Source: Ginkgo biloba
Lineage: Eukaryota > Plantae > Ginkgophyta
Reading direction: 5' to 3'
DNA: 20,597 nt
Assembly (NCBI GenBank): GCA_024626585.2
Contig: JANKJI020000002.1
Span: 180,778,747 to 180,799,343, forward strand
In this document: piece after piece, positions 9,814 to 19,881 of the stretch
Position numbering within the stretch: position 1 is the stretch's first letter
Layout: each line of letters begins with the position of its first letter
Program-made: the position numbers and the translations under genes
Notes under the pieces: model-generated
Told to the model about the DNA's origin: nothing
Databases searched by the model: none
Seen by the model: only the letters and a program-made list of their open reading frames with translations

Positions 9814-12453
9814 GTAAGTGGATGTGGAAGGGGGGAGAAAAGACTTCTTCTTGAGTCTTTCATGTACTCTGAAGCAATTTGGTTTACCTCAAGTAATTCA
9901 ATGCTGATGATTTGTGTTGCTGAAATTGTTTCAGAGTGCAAAGCCTGGCGAGCCATTTTGGGAAAGTCCATGGGGTCCTGGCCGACCAGGCTGGCATATT
10001 GAGTGCAGTGCAATGAGTGCTGCACATTTGGGTTATTCCTTTGATATTCATGGTGGAGGGGTGGATCTTATTTTCCCCCATCATGAAAATGAGATAGCTC
10101 AGAGCTGTGCTGCTTGTAATGAGAGTGATATACATTACTGGATGCATAATGGCTTTGTGACGATTGATGCTGAAAAAATGTCAAAATCTTTAGGCAACTT
10201 TTTCACAATTCGTGAGGTAAGAAAAAATCTGTTCAACCTGTTTATACATTTTTTGTCTGCTATTCACCAACATTGTCAGAGGCCTATTGTCTTTGCCACA
10301 TAAAGACAGATGCTAGAACATTTATAAAGTTATCCATGTTACTGGTAGTAAANNNNNNNNNNNNNNNNNNNNNNNNNNNNNNNNNNNNNNNNNNNNNNNN
10401 NNNNNNNNNNNNNNNNNNNNNNNNNNNNNNNNNNNNNNNNNNNNNNNNNNNNACAATTGTTAGATTATATTATATATACAAATGTATATTGTATAAAAGA
10501 GGGTTAAAATATTACACAAGAGTACAAAATGGGGGGTTTAAGAAACTAGGTTACGAGCCTCTAAAGGTGTATTATTGACTGGTTCTATCATGTACATATT
10601 TTGAGAGTTTATAACTAGGTGATCCCCTCAGTAATGGTTCCAACCCATTTGTGGTGTGAACATATATGAGTATATATGACAAATGGGTAGTTTTCATACA
10701 TATTGGAATGGTAGTAGGTTATAGGAGAAATAAATACAAGACCTATGATTTAGAGATATTAGTTGTAGTCCTTTCCCTTAAAGCATGTCATATTTATCTT
10801 TTGGGAGCCTTACTTGAGATCCATACTAACCATGATAGTTTAAGATATATTTGTATGAAACCTTAACTTAATGATTTCTAATTAAAATTGATGGGACTTA
10901 TTTATGAGTTTGGAATATATATTAAATATTTTAAAATAAAGGATAATAAGGTTTCTAATGAATTCAATCATTAAAGGTACATAGAAACCATAAAATTAGT
11001 GATGATTGAGGTAATAAACTNNNNNNNNNNNNNNNNNNNNNNNNNNNNNNNNNNNNNNNNNCCTTACTTTGTAAAAACAAGGGTAGAATTAAGAAAGGAG
11101 TTAGAAAAAAAGGGAAACCTTATAAATTCCCTAGTCATTTTATTTCAAAGGATACAATCCTTTGAGTTTATGACAAGTTATATGTTCTATATATGTGTGA
11201 TATTCAAAAGAAATTATTTCATGAATCTTATAATTTGTTAGTTGTGGATTTCAGGTTCTAGATTCTTATCATCCCTTGGCTCTGAGATTCTTTTTAATTG
11301 GGACACACTACCGTTCTTCTCTTAACTACTCACAAACGCAATTGGAAAGTGCATCAGATCGCATTTTTTATATCTACCAGGTAAAGCAATATGCATTAAC
11401 CCTCCCTTGTATGAATTTCAAATGTTGATAAAAACACCTGAAAAATTCTTGTTAGCTCTTTGTCAATGTTCTTCAAATTGCTACTCCTGCAATGCATCTT
11501 AATTGGTTGCAGACTTTGAAGGATTGTGAAGAGTGTTTGTCCGGGCATGCCAGGCAAAGCATAGGTGAACACATCCCAAATGCTATCCAAGACTGTGTTG
11601 ACAGAATACACAGTGCTTTTGCATCCTCAATGGCAGATGATTTGCACACTCCTGTTGCTTGCGCTGCACTATCAGAACCATTGAAGATCATGAATGACCT
11701 CATGTATACCCGCCAGGTTTATATAATATGCTAACAAATGTATGCAAGAATGTGTACTTAAATGCAGTAATTGCTTGTGGATGTTCACATTATAATTCGT
11801 TGTTTCCCTTTTTCCCTTTTGGTATATCTACTGTGTTAAACAAGATTGATAAATGAATCAATAATATTTTTTGAATGTTATGCTTTTAATGCTTTAAAAG
11901 TAATCCACAAACTTGCACTTGCCTTCTCTTCCATTTATTTTTTCTAATTGGAATGACGTTCACTTATATCCATTTCCCCTTATGATATATGCATTCATGA
12001 TACCTGTGCAGGGTCGTAGACAAAAGTTACGAATGGAATCTCTGAAGGTTTTGGAAGAGGAAATCAGGACTGTATTGTCTGTTCTTGGACTGATGTCTCC
12101 AAGCTATTCAGAGGTATGTTCAAACTGGGTTTGTTTCTCCATAAATGTAAGCTGGTTACAAAGTAATGTTTATAAGAGGTGATGCTCCTGAAAGAACTCT
12201 TTATGCTTCGGATGAAATACAGGTCCTATCCCAGCTGAAAACTAAGGCATTAAAAAGGGCAGGACTCACTGAGGACAAAGTGCTGCAAACCATACAAGAA
12301 AGGGCGGATGCAAGAGCTGCTAGAGACTATGCAGAGTCTGACAAGATCAGAAGAAAGTTAGCTGTTTTGGGCATTGCCCTTATGGATGGACCTGATGGTA
12401 CAACCTGGCGCCCATCCATTCCTCTTGATCAGGAAGAGCATGTTGCCCGTTAG
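9640..12453 (+). CDS. CysRS: Cysteinyl-tRNA synthetase (cysteine--tRNA ligase), 5'-partial spliced gene: join(9640..9813,9935..10216,11255..11380,11513..11716,12012..12113,12223..12453); plant bacterial-like type, possibly the chloroplast/mitochondrial isoform
   Basis: The spliced frame is continuous: 174+282+126+204+102+231 = 1119 nt, 372 aa plus TAG. Diagnostic CysRS motifs are [64 protein letters not shown] and the C-terminal ..[21 protein letters not shown]. Every junction is canonical GT..AG. The organellar-isoform call rests on recalled similarity of the C-terminus to Arabidopsis SYCO-type proteins and is tentative. Confidence 0.96.
9935..10216 (+). CDS. CysRS: CysRS exon with Zn ligands and KMSKS loop: [27 protein letters not shown]...FPHHENE...[14 protein letters not shown]
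   Basis: Acceptor tttcag|AGT, donor GAG|gtaaga at 10217; 94 codons; contains the Cys of HIECSAM, the His/Glu of PHHENE and the class I KMSKS signature. Confidence 0.97.
10720..11120 (+). mobile_element. Degenerate Ty3/gypsy RNase H remnant inside the CysRS intron 10217-11254
   Basis: One frame reads [81 protein letters not shown]. This parallels the gypsy RNase H consensus ERNY.T.DLEL.AVV.ALK.WRHYLLG..F.I.TDH.SLKYI..QP.LN.RQ.RW.E.L.EYDF.IKY.KGKEN.VADALSR. Confidence 0.85.
11255..11380 (+). CDS. CysRS: CysRS exon absent from the ORF track: [42 protein letters not shown]
   Basis: Manually translated. Acceptor tttcag|GTT, donor CAG|gtaaag at 11381; 42 codons; conserved LR.F...HYRS..NYS motif that follows KMSKS in CysRS. 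Confidence 0.95.
11513..11716 (+). CDS. CysRS: CysRS exon, helical (DALR_2-like) domain: [11 protein letters not shown]...[33 protein letters not shown]
   Basis: Acceptor ttgcag|ACT, donor CAG|gtttat at 11717; 68 codons; F...M.DDL.TP motif. Confidence 0.92.
12012..12113 (+). CDS. CysRS: CysRS exon: [34 protein letters not shown]
   Basis: Acceptor gtgcag|GGT, donor GAG|gtatgt at 12114; 34 codons; VLGL motif ending the helical domain. Confidence 0.92.
12223..12453 (+). CDS. CysRS: CysRS last coding exon, anticodon-binding C-terminus: [76 protein letters not shown]
   Basis: Acceptor atacag|GTC; TAG at 12451-12453; R..AR..+DY..SD.IR..L...GI.L.D....T.W pattern typical of CysRS C-termini. Confidence 0.94.
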   Translation, partial: VLSQLKTKALKRAGLTEDKVLQTIQERADARAARDYAESDKIRRKLAVLGIALMDGPDGTTWRPSIPLDQEEHVAR

Positions 12454-12534
12454 ATAGTGGCACAAACATATGTGAAAAGCATTATGCTTGTCTAATTCAT
12501 ATGCATGGAAGTAATGTCCATTTTCTTTTCAAAA

Positions 12535-12540
12535 AATAAA
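12535..12540 (+). promoter_or_regulatory. Candidate polyadenylation near-upstream element (AATAAA) in the CysRS 3' UTR
   Basis: AATAAA about 80 nt after the stop codon. Plant poly(A) signals are degenerate and the hexamer is common in AT-rich DNA. Confidence 0.3.
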
Positions 12541-12999
12541 TTATATCTTGTCAAATAGCCACATGCTTACCTTCATCAGTTCATGGTAATGGTGGCCATC
12601 CCTGTTCCCTCTTATTCTGTTCACATTTTTCTAGTCTCTGCCGGCCCTTGATTTAAATACCACATCCCATGACCCATACAGTCTGAATAAGTAATTGGAG
12701 GAGAGCCTTGAACACCTAGAGCAGTGAGTTTGGCATGTGCTTCAGTTCTAAATGCGCTTATGGATGACACTAATCCTCATGTATGTAGAGTTTCATGTAC
12801 AAGATGAGATTTTTGGCCTCTGATTGGGTCTTCTCTGCAGGTTTGTATCATATATACAGCATATTTTTAAAATAAGCAATGATGTCATCCCCAAATGTGA
12901 TAAAAGCAGCTTCTTTTCATTCATATGAAAATTGTATTTNNNNNNNNNNNNNNNNNNNNNNNNNNNNNNNNNNNNNNNNNNNNNNNNNNNNNNNNNNNN

Positions 13000-13206
13000 T
13001 GATGATGGGTACAATGCGAGCCGTCATCTTATATAGATGATTATATTGTCGATGGTTGCTATGAGAAGGCATCTCTTCAACAGATGACCCGTCATTAATT
13101 AGCCTAATTCATAATCATTAATTGATTAATGAGTAATTACTAAGGCAATAGATAAAGGACTGCCCCACTTATTAGTCCTAACCTCTTGCTAATTGGGTAC
13201 ATTACA
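13000..13206 (-). mobile_element. Probable (solo) LTR fragment about 550-750 bp downstream of the CysRS stop
   Basis: The minus strand starts TGTAATGTACCC at 13206 (TG.. LTR start of the TGTAAT type) and has CTATATAAG (TATA) at 13036-13028. Several CpGs are retained. The other end is lost in the N-gap 12940-12999, so no TSD can be checked. Confidence 0.55.
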
Positions 13207-16200
13207 TGTTGTCTTTCCTTAAGACGCTTCACCCTTAAAGCATAGCCGAGATTGATATTTCATACTCACTTGACATGACGTCATATGTTTGGTCAGAGCT
13301 CAAATGATTCAATATCAATGCAATTTGTATGCTTTGCTACTTTTATAGCTATGAATGAAACTGCTTCTAGAAACCAATATGATATGGTAAATATATGATG
13401 GGTTCAAGTTATTGTATATGGATGTTACCTCCAGCCTTCATCCCTCAAAATGAAGAATGTGTCTGTATTTTTCAACATTGTGCTTTAGTGACTCACATGG
13501 CAAACAACTGTAAACCTTTGTTTTGTAATGTTCCATACACAATGAGGAAGGTTTAATTGAATCACAGAATAGAGGAATGATGACAGTCTACCATTGCTAC
13601 AAAATGCACATCTTGTCTTACCTGGATGTAGAATTATTGTTGCGTTGTTGATTGATGAGTGTGGATATCTGTCTAGAGGCTTTATATGTAAAAGACATTG
13701 TAAACCTGCACATCAAGTATCCTCAACACCCAACCATTGAAGTAATCAATGCGTGTTTAAGGTTCCCAAGGCTTCTAGGTGTTTGATTGTTAGCTAGAGG
13801 ATCAAGATAGATATTTTAGNNNNNNNNNNNNNNNNNNNNNNNNNNNNNNNNNNNNATCCACTGAATCATGAAGAACTCTACCAGCCAAACTTCTGGGCTC
13901 CAGAAACACACCCTTCTGCATTCATGGTCTTTCAAACCAAATTCCCGCCTTGTAACCTACCTCCATCAATGGGAAGTAGCATCTTAATGATGTTGACTCA
14001 TGAGAGCACCAAGGTTGGATCGCAGGCTCCTTGAAGTGCAAGATGGCATCCATTCCATGATAGGATCTAGTTCTGCCACCNNNNNNNNNNNNNNNNNNNN
14101 NNNNNNNNNNNNNNNNNNNNNNNNNNNNNNNNNNNNNNNNNNNNNNNNNNNNNNNNNNNNNNNNNNNNNNNNNNNNNNNCTACTGTAACTCCCATCGTAT
14201 GCATACCTGTTTCCAAGGCCATATGTGGGCATAAGATTTTCAATTGCCAATTAATCAATGTCTTGGACTTACCACTTGCATGAACTAGAGTTATATGACT
14301 TATTTATTTATGTAAATACAACCCTCATATATGCGAGTATAAAACTTAGTTTCCACAGTAATAATGCAACATAACATGCCTAATCCCATAAAGACTTTGG
14401 GATAGGTGGGATAAGTGTTTCGAGGTATTTGGATAAATGTTTCAGGCAAAAATCCAACAAGGTACAATTATAGTTTTTGCTATTTTTGTCCATATAAATT
14501 GACGGCATGGAACTAGAAAATGAGAAAGACAAGTGCAACCAGTGTGTATACCATGCTAATGTTTACACCATGATCTACTCATATGCTATGCATGGGTGCA
14601 CATAATAGGCCTATTTATGAGCAATTCTAACTTGGGAAAAAACCATCTCTAACAAGGTTAAAAAAATCTGGAAATGTATTTGCAATAGCACGTATACACA
14701 AATATTAGGGCAAAGTATACACATAGCAAGAGAATCATGTTATCTTCGTAAATTGAGTTCCAACCTTGCTTCTAAGTTAGAAGTCGACCCAATATAGCCT
14801 TTAAACAGAGCCCATTGTCGTTTTTTTGCTTCAATTGCAAATCTAAGCAACATTTTGTCAAGTCTTTATTCTAATATATACATGTTGTGTATGCAACGAT
14901 TCGCAACTTCAAATTGATTCAACAAAACTTAGCAAAGGGGTATCCAGCATTCATGAACAATGTATATCAAGTTGTTAATTGTCCCTATGTAAAGTAGTGG
15001 GGAAAAGAATCATTAGGTGATATGCATTCTNNNNNNNNNNNNNNNNNNNNNNNNNNNNNNNNNNNNNNNNNNNNNNNNNNNNNNNNNNNNNNNNNNNNNN
15101 NNNNNNNNNNNNNNNNNNNNNNNNNNNNNNTAAAGTTTACCAATCATTCCTAATGTGGCTTTTGTCATTTTTATTTTTTTAAATATGTATTTTATAAATA
15201 TTATTTAATAATGTTATTAAATATCATTAGTCTTATTTTAGTGTGAAAGGGCATTTGAAATTTAGAATATATGCATGTTGTTCTTTTTTTATATGGAGTC
15301 ATACTTTACAATAAACATCTAAGAACCCCATAACCTTACATAATGGATTAAGACTATGATAAGGAATTAGCACCTCATCATCATGCAAGTAGTTCCCTTT
15401 TATAGGTATTCACTTCTTGACTCAATATATATCATCAACAATGAATATATTCTTCGCATTCTCAAATGCTTATTTAATAGCCTTTTAGTTGTAAGCACCT
15501 AGTTTATGAACATTTATCTCTAATTTAGTTTTAATGTAGATTTTGCACTTCATCCCCTCCTAAAGCCCATATCCTTTGTCCTTATTTCTCATGCCTCTAG
15601 TGGATTCTCCTTAATCATATAAATTGTGTTGACATGTCAAGAGCTAATGACTTGATTACTTTTATGAGAATGAAGTGCAGGTCTATATCATATGTGGACT
15701 ATGTAATGAAACATATGGAATCTAATGCAATTGGAGAGGATATACATGGTTTAAGGCATCATAACTTTATTATTTAATTCAACTCATTGGATGTATTGAT
15801 GTATGACATAATAAATTATGTGTTCTCATTGAATCTAGTTAATACCACAACATGCAAAACTATGCGTAGTGTCGATGCATTGTGCACTAAGCAAATGGCC
15901 TCTAATATTCAACCTCTATTTGATAGTTTATATTGCATTTCCTACTATGGTATTGCTTATAAATATAATAAGGGTGGTATATGCTCAATGAATAAAAGGA
16001 AAATGAAGGGACATTAAGTTTGTGGTTATTGATTTATTACATCCTAGCTTATTTTTTTTCCCTTAAATTTTATGACAAAATGTCAATATTTATATAACTC
16101 ATAGTATCCTAATGTCATAATTTCAATTTTCTTGGAACTTTTGGTATTTGAAAAAGGTTATTTCTCATTACACTTTATGTATCATTTTAATATCATAACA

Positions 16201-19200
16201 ATATAATTTCTAAATATTATATAACTCATATTCAATTTTTTTCTAACATTCACCTTTATAATTTCTTTGTACGAATAACATTCGCCTAATTTTTAGCTAT
16301 ATGATGGATAAGAATGTATAATTCACCAAAATTAAGAATCTAATTACTACTTGAATTTGACTCAATTTTAACACTTTGATTTGGTAAGACCACTGTTAGG
16401 ATTTGTCTAGATCATTTTCCATGTGAAGATTAAATGAAATGAATCTGAAGGCCATATGCAACATGCATCAGAAGTTCCCATTCTTCCTAGCCGTTGCAAA
16501 AACATTTGGGTTCTGTGAGTTGTAGGGCCATGGGAGGTACATATTAAATATGTTAAATGAATTCAATTTAACCTGGGGCAATGTTTTGCCATGGGTAAGG
16601 ACTATTTTGTTCTAAAAGTCTATTTAAAATTGTTGTTGGGTTTGTGCATTGTGTTCCATGAACCCAACATGGGTGGAAGCTTGTGTGCGTGGGTTCAAGT
16701 GTTAGTGTGGGATGAGGTTAAGGTGTAGGGTGCTCGTGGATGGGTTCAAGCCTAGGTCACGCTCATTGAACCTTGTCCACACCTCATGGTTAAAGCCCAC
16801 CTACCTACTCTTCCTTTCATTTAAAAAAAAAGAAAGGCGGAAAAGATAAAAAGAAGAGGTAAAAAATAGAACCCAACACTAAACCTCACATNNNNNNNNN
16901 NNNNNNNNNNNNNNNNNNNNNNNNNNNNNNNNNNNNNNNNNNNNNNNNNNNNNNNNNNNNNNNNNNNNNNNNNNNNNNNNNNNNNNNNNNNNNAAAGGAG
17001 GATAATATAGAACATCAAAGAGAAAAAGTCATTTTTGTCATCATTTGACAAACAAAGAATAAAGCAAAGGAGAGAAAAAGATGGACAAGAAGAAGACAAA
17101 GAAGAGTAAAGCCATAAAAGTTGAGGTTTTCCCATTTGAGGGGTAAAGGAGGAAGTTTTGGAAGGAACGTGCAGAAATCATAACTTCCTAAAGCTCAAAG
17201 GAGGAGGGGCAAAGGAAGAGGTAAGAATTAAGTAAGCTAGTTTTAAAATTTTTAATTAAAATTAAACAAAAATTTACAAGTTTGAAAGTCGAAAGCAAGT
17301 ATTTTAAATTTTGTAAGCAAGGTTTTTAACCAAAGGATTTGTGAATTCAATCTTGAAGACTTGAACTTTTGACTCTTTACAAATTTATATTTTAAACATT
17401 AGCATGGCCTCTTTCCATTTTTTTTGGATTTTTCAGCAATAAATTATAATGTTAATTTGAAATTTTAATCATATATGGTTGTAAAAGAGAGGTACCCTCT
17501 TTGGAAGTACTGCATTAAGGTGAATGCCCTTTAAGGGTTTGGAGAGACTTTATTCATTACAAGCGCTCTATGTAATATCAAACCCTNNNNNNNNNNNNNN
17601 NNNNNNNNNNNNNNNNNNNNNNNNNNNNNNNNNNNNNNNNNNNNNNNNNNNNNNNNNNNNNNNNNNNNNNNNNNNNNNNNNNNNNNTGTGATAGTTGTAA
17701 AATTTTCAACACTTTCCTTAGACCATTTTTCTCCAAGTGTTAAACCTTTATTTCTTTCTTTTCTACATCTTTTACCCTATCTTATGGGATCCATTTCCCT
17801 TCAAAATTATTATATTATATACCCTTTAATAGGTGGACTCCATAATTTATAATATGGACTATCCCCTGTGTTTAGTTGGGACCCATCTTCATTACTTCCT
17901 TCAATCCATTTCNNNNNNNNNNNNNNNNNNNNNNNNNNNNNNCAGAGGGTTTTGTCAATTTGAACCTTTTATCACCTTTCGGAAGTGTTTATTAATTTAT
18001 AACTCCTTTTGACAAAACTTCTATTTCCTTTAAACTTTGTAATAATCATCTAGTTTTATTTAACAAGTTCGTGATCAACTACATTGGTCAATCTATAGAA
18101 TTTGACTTCTTTTCTTCAAAGTCTATCAAACTTTGATTGCAAATCTAACTTCTTCCCTTACTTTGAATTTTATACGTCATATTTCTCACCTTTCTTCCAT
18201 TATTATGCTATTTGTAGAACTGTAGACAACTGAATGTCATTCTTCTTATGGTTTTAAAATCTCCAATGATTCTTTTTTATGATTTCGTAAATGTTAGACC
18301 TATATTTGTCCTTATTTGTATGGAAAAATCATACAAACTTGTTCCCTTTCCACTTCATCCTTATTGGAGTAGTATGACCCCTTTCTTCTATCCTTATTTT
18401 TAACTTTTCTTTTCAATTGAATAATGTAATTTTGTGAATTGGAGTCACCATTTGACTTCATTCTACTAGATTTTGAAGTATGCTATGTGATAAGGGATGG
18501 TCAACCCCTTCCTAATGCGATCATCAATTTGATCGAACTAATCATTAGGAGCTTCTAAGATATCCCTTAGTGCACCTTAACAAATGTAAAGTGTCAATGA
18601 AGATTTGTGTGTGATAGTGTAAGGTGGCAGTGCCTATGTCACATAGTAAAATAAAACGATTCTATATTTTTCTTTCCCATTCCCCAAAACATAAAATATA
18701 AATGATTTCAATGCAAATGATTCCTTCTTTATTAATTTGTAGTGATCAAGGTGAACCCACAAGGATAGGGACCACATAAATAAGGTCCCTACTTGAAGGC
18801 TTAAGGGGTCAAGGCAACCCCTAATAAGCTCTAATGAAGGAGGCCTTAAAGAGAAGGCATCAAAGCATATTTAGAAGGAAGTTAAGTACGTGAAATGAAT
18901 CAACCTTAATATGAAATGAAATCTTATTCAATATCCAAAGAAAGAATGTTAAAACCAAAGATAACCCTCCTTCTACAATTTCAAACTCAAATTAAAGAAT
19001 GAGAGAGAAAGATTGACAAATTAGGTNNNNNNNNNNNNNNNNNNNNNNNNNNNNNNNNNNNNNNNNNNNNNNNNNNNNNNNNNNNNNNNNNNNNNNNNNN
19101 NNNNNNNNNNNNNNNNNNNNNNNNNNTTTAGGGTGCCATTTTTTATTGAGATGATTGATACCAATTTGGATGCATATATGATCCTAGGAGTTAATTGTAA

Positions 19201-19203
19201 TGG

Positions 19204-19338
19204 GAGGGGTCATAATACTTAAATGCCTCTATCCACTTACGTACTAGGGAGCTAGAGACTTGAATGGGGGATGCATATTAAGTCTATATAAGTTTCAGTA
19301 TCTAAGTGGATAGAGGTGTTTAAGTCTTATGACCCCTC
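19204..19338. repeat. Imperfect foldback: 42-bp arms (37/42 match) with partial extra pairing inside the spacer
   Basis: Left 19204-19245 gaggggtcataatacttaaatgcctctatccacttacgtact versus the reverse complement of 19297-19338 gaggggtcataagacttaaacacctctatccacttagatact. Inner agactt(g)aat/attaagtct also pair. Confidence 0.9.
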
Positions 19339-19668
19339 ATGGGGTAAAGATATCAGTGTTGGGTACCTCTAATATTCCACCCATTTAGAGGATCATTGTA
19401 GTGGTTGTTTACTTTCAGATCTCACACAGTAAAAAAATTGGAGGAATTCCATCTTCCTACATTTCCATTATCTAGAGATGTGTATTGGGATTCCAATTTA
19501 ACTAGCATTTTTATGTTTAGGAGTCATTGGTTGGTCAACTAGACCATAACTAGAGGAGGTAATTTAGGTCTCTTAGCTACAACTCACTTCTACAGTTATG
19601 GTTGTTTGACTATTTTCATGATTTTAGGTCAACGATTATAACTCTACTACCTTTAGTGAGAGATGATC

Positions 19669-19729
19669 CTCTTATGATGAGGTGGTGGATGATGATGCGA
19701 TCTTCATCCCATCACCCCTATCATAAGAG
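19669..19729. repeat. Short imperfect inverted repeat
   Basis: ctcttatgat-gaggtggtggatga ... tcatcccatcacccct-atcataagag; the outer 10 bp are perfect. Confidence 0.7.
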
Positions 19730-19881
19730 AAAATAAGGTCTTTGTGTTGAGTTTGCCTTACTAACACCTACTATCAAAGTTGAGAATCCTTATGCTCATA
19801 NNNNNNNNNNNNNNNNNNNNNNNNNNNNNNNNNNNNNNNNNNNNNNNNNNNNNNNNNNNNNNNNNNNNNNNNNNNNNNNNN

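Noticed and set aside
9568-10303. ORF-track proteins 9568-10002 and 9914-10303 as separate genes or a frameshifted pseudogene
   Set aside because: The frame change is explained by a 121-nt GT-AG intron (9814-9934); both are exons of one CysRS.
9581-11703. Minus-strand ORFs overlapping CysRS exons (e.g. 9711-10025, 9884-10147, 11473-11703)
   Set aside because: Antisense shadows of coding exons with no recognisable motifs.
9640-12453. Bacterial cysS contamination or recent horizontal transfer
   Set aside because: Spliceosomal introns and plant-type sequence; plant CysRS enzymes are known to be bacterial-like.
13984-14258. ORFs spanning the 14081-14179 gap, and other X-containing ORFs in the track
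   Set aside because: They reach the length threshold only by reading through N-runs; no domain recognised.
17687-18600. A-rich minus-strand stretch with a GRG*P (AT-hook-like) fragment, possibly a decayed transposon ORF
   Set aside because: Many stops in the frames I examined and no diagnostic motif, so it cannot be assigned.
2725-19881. Regularly recurring N-runs of about 100 nt
   Set aside because: Assembly gaps or masking, not biology; they do make true distances and element boundaries uncertain.
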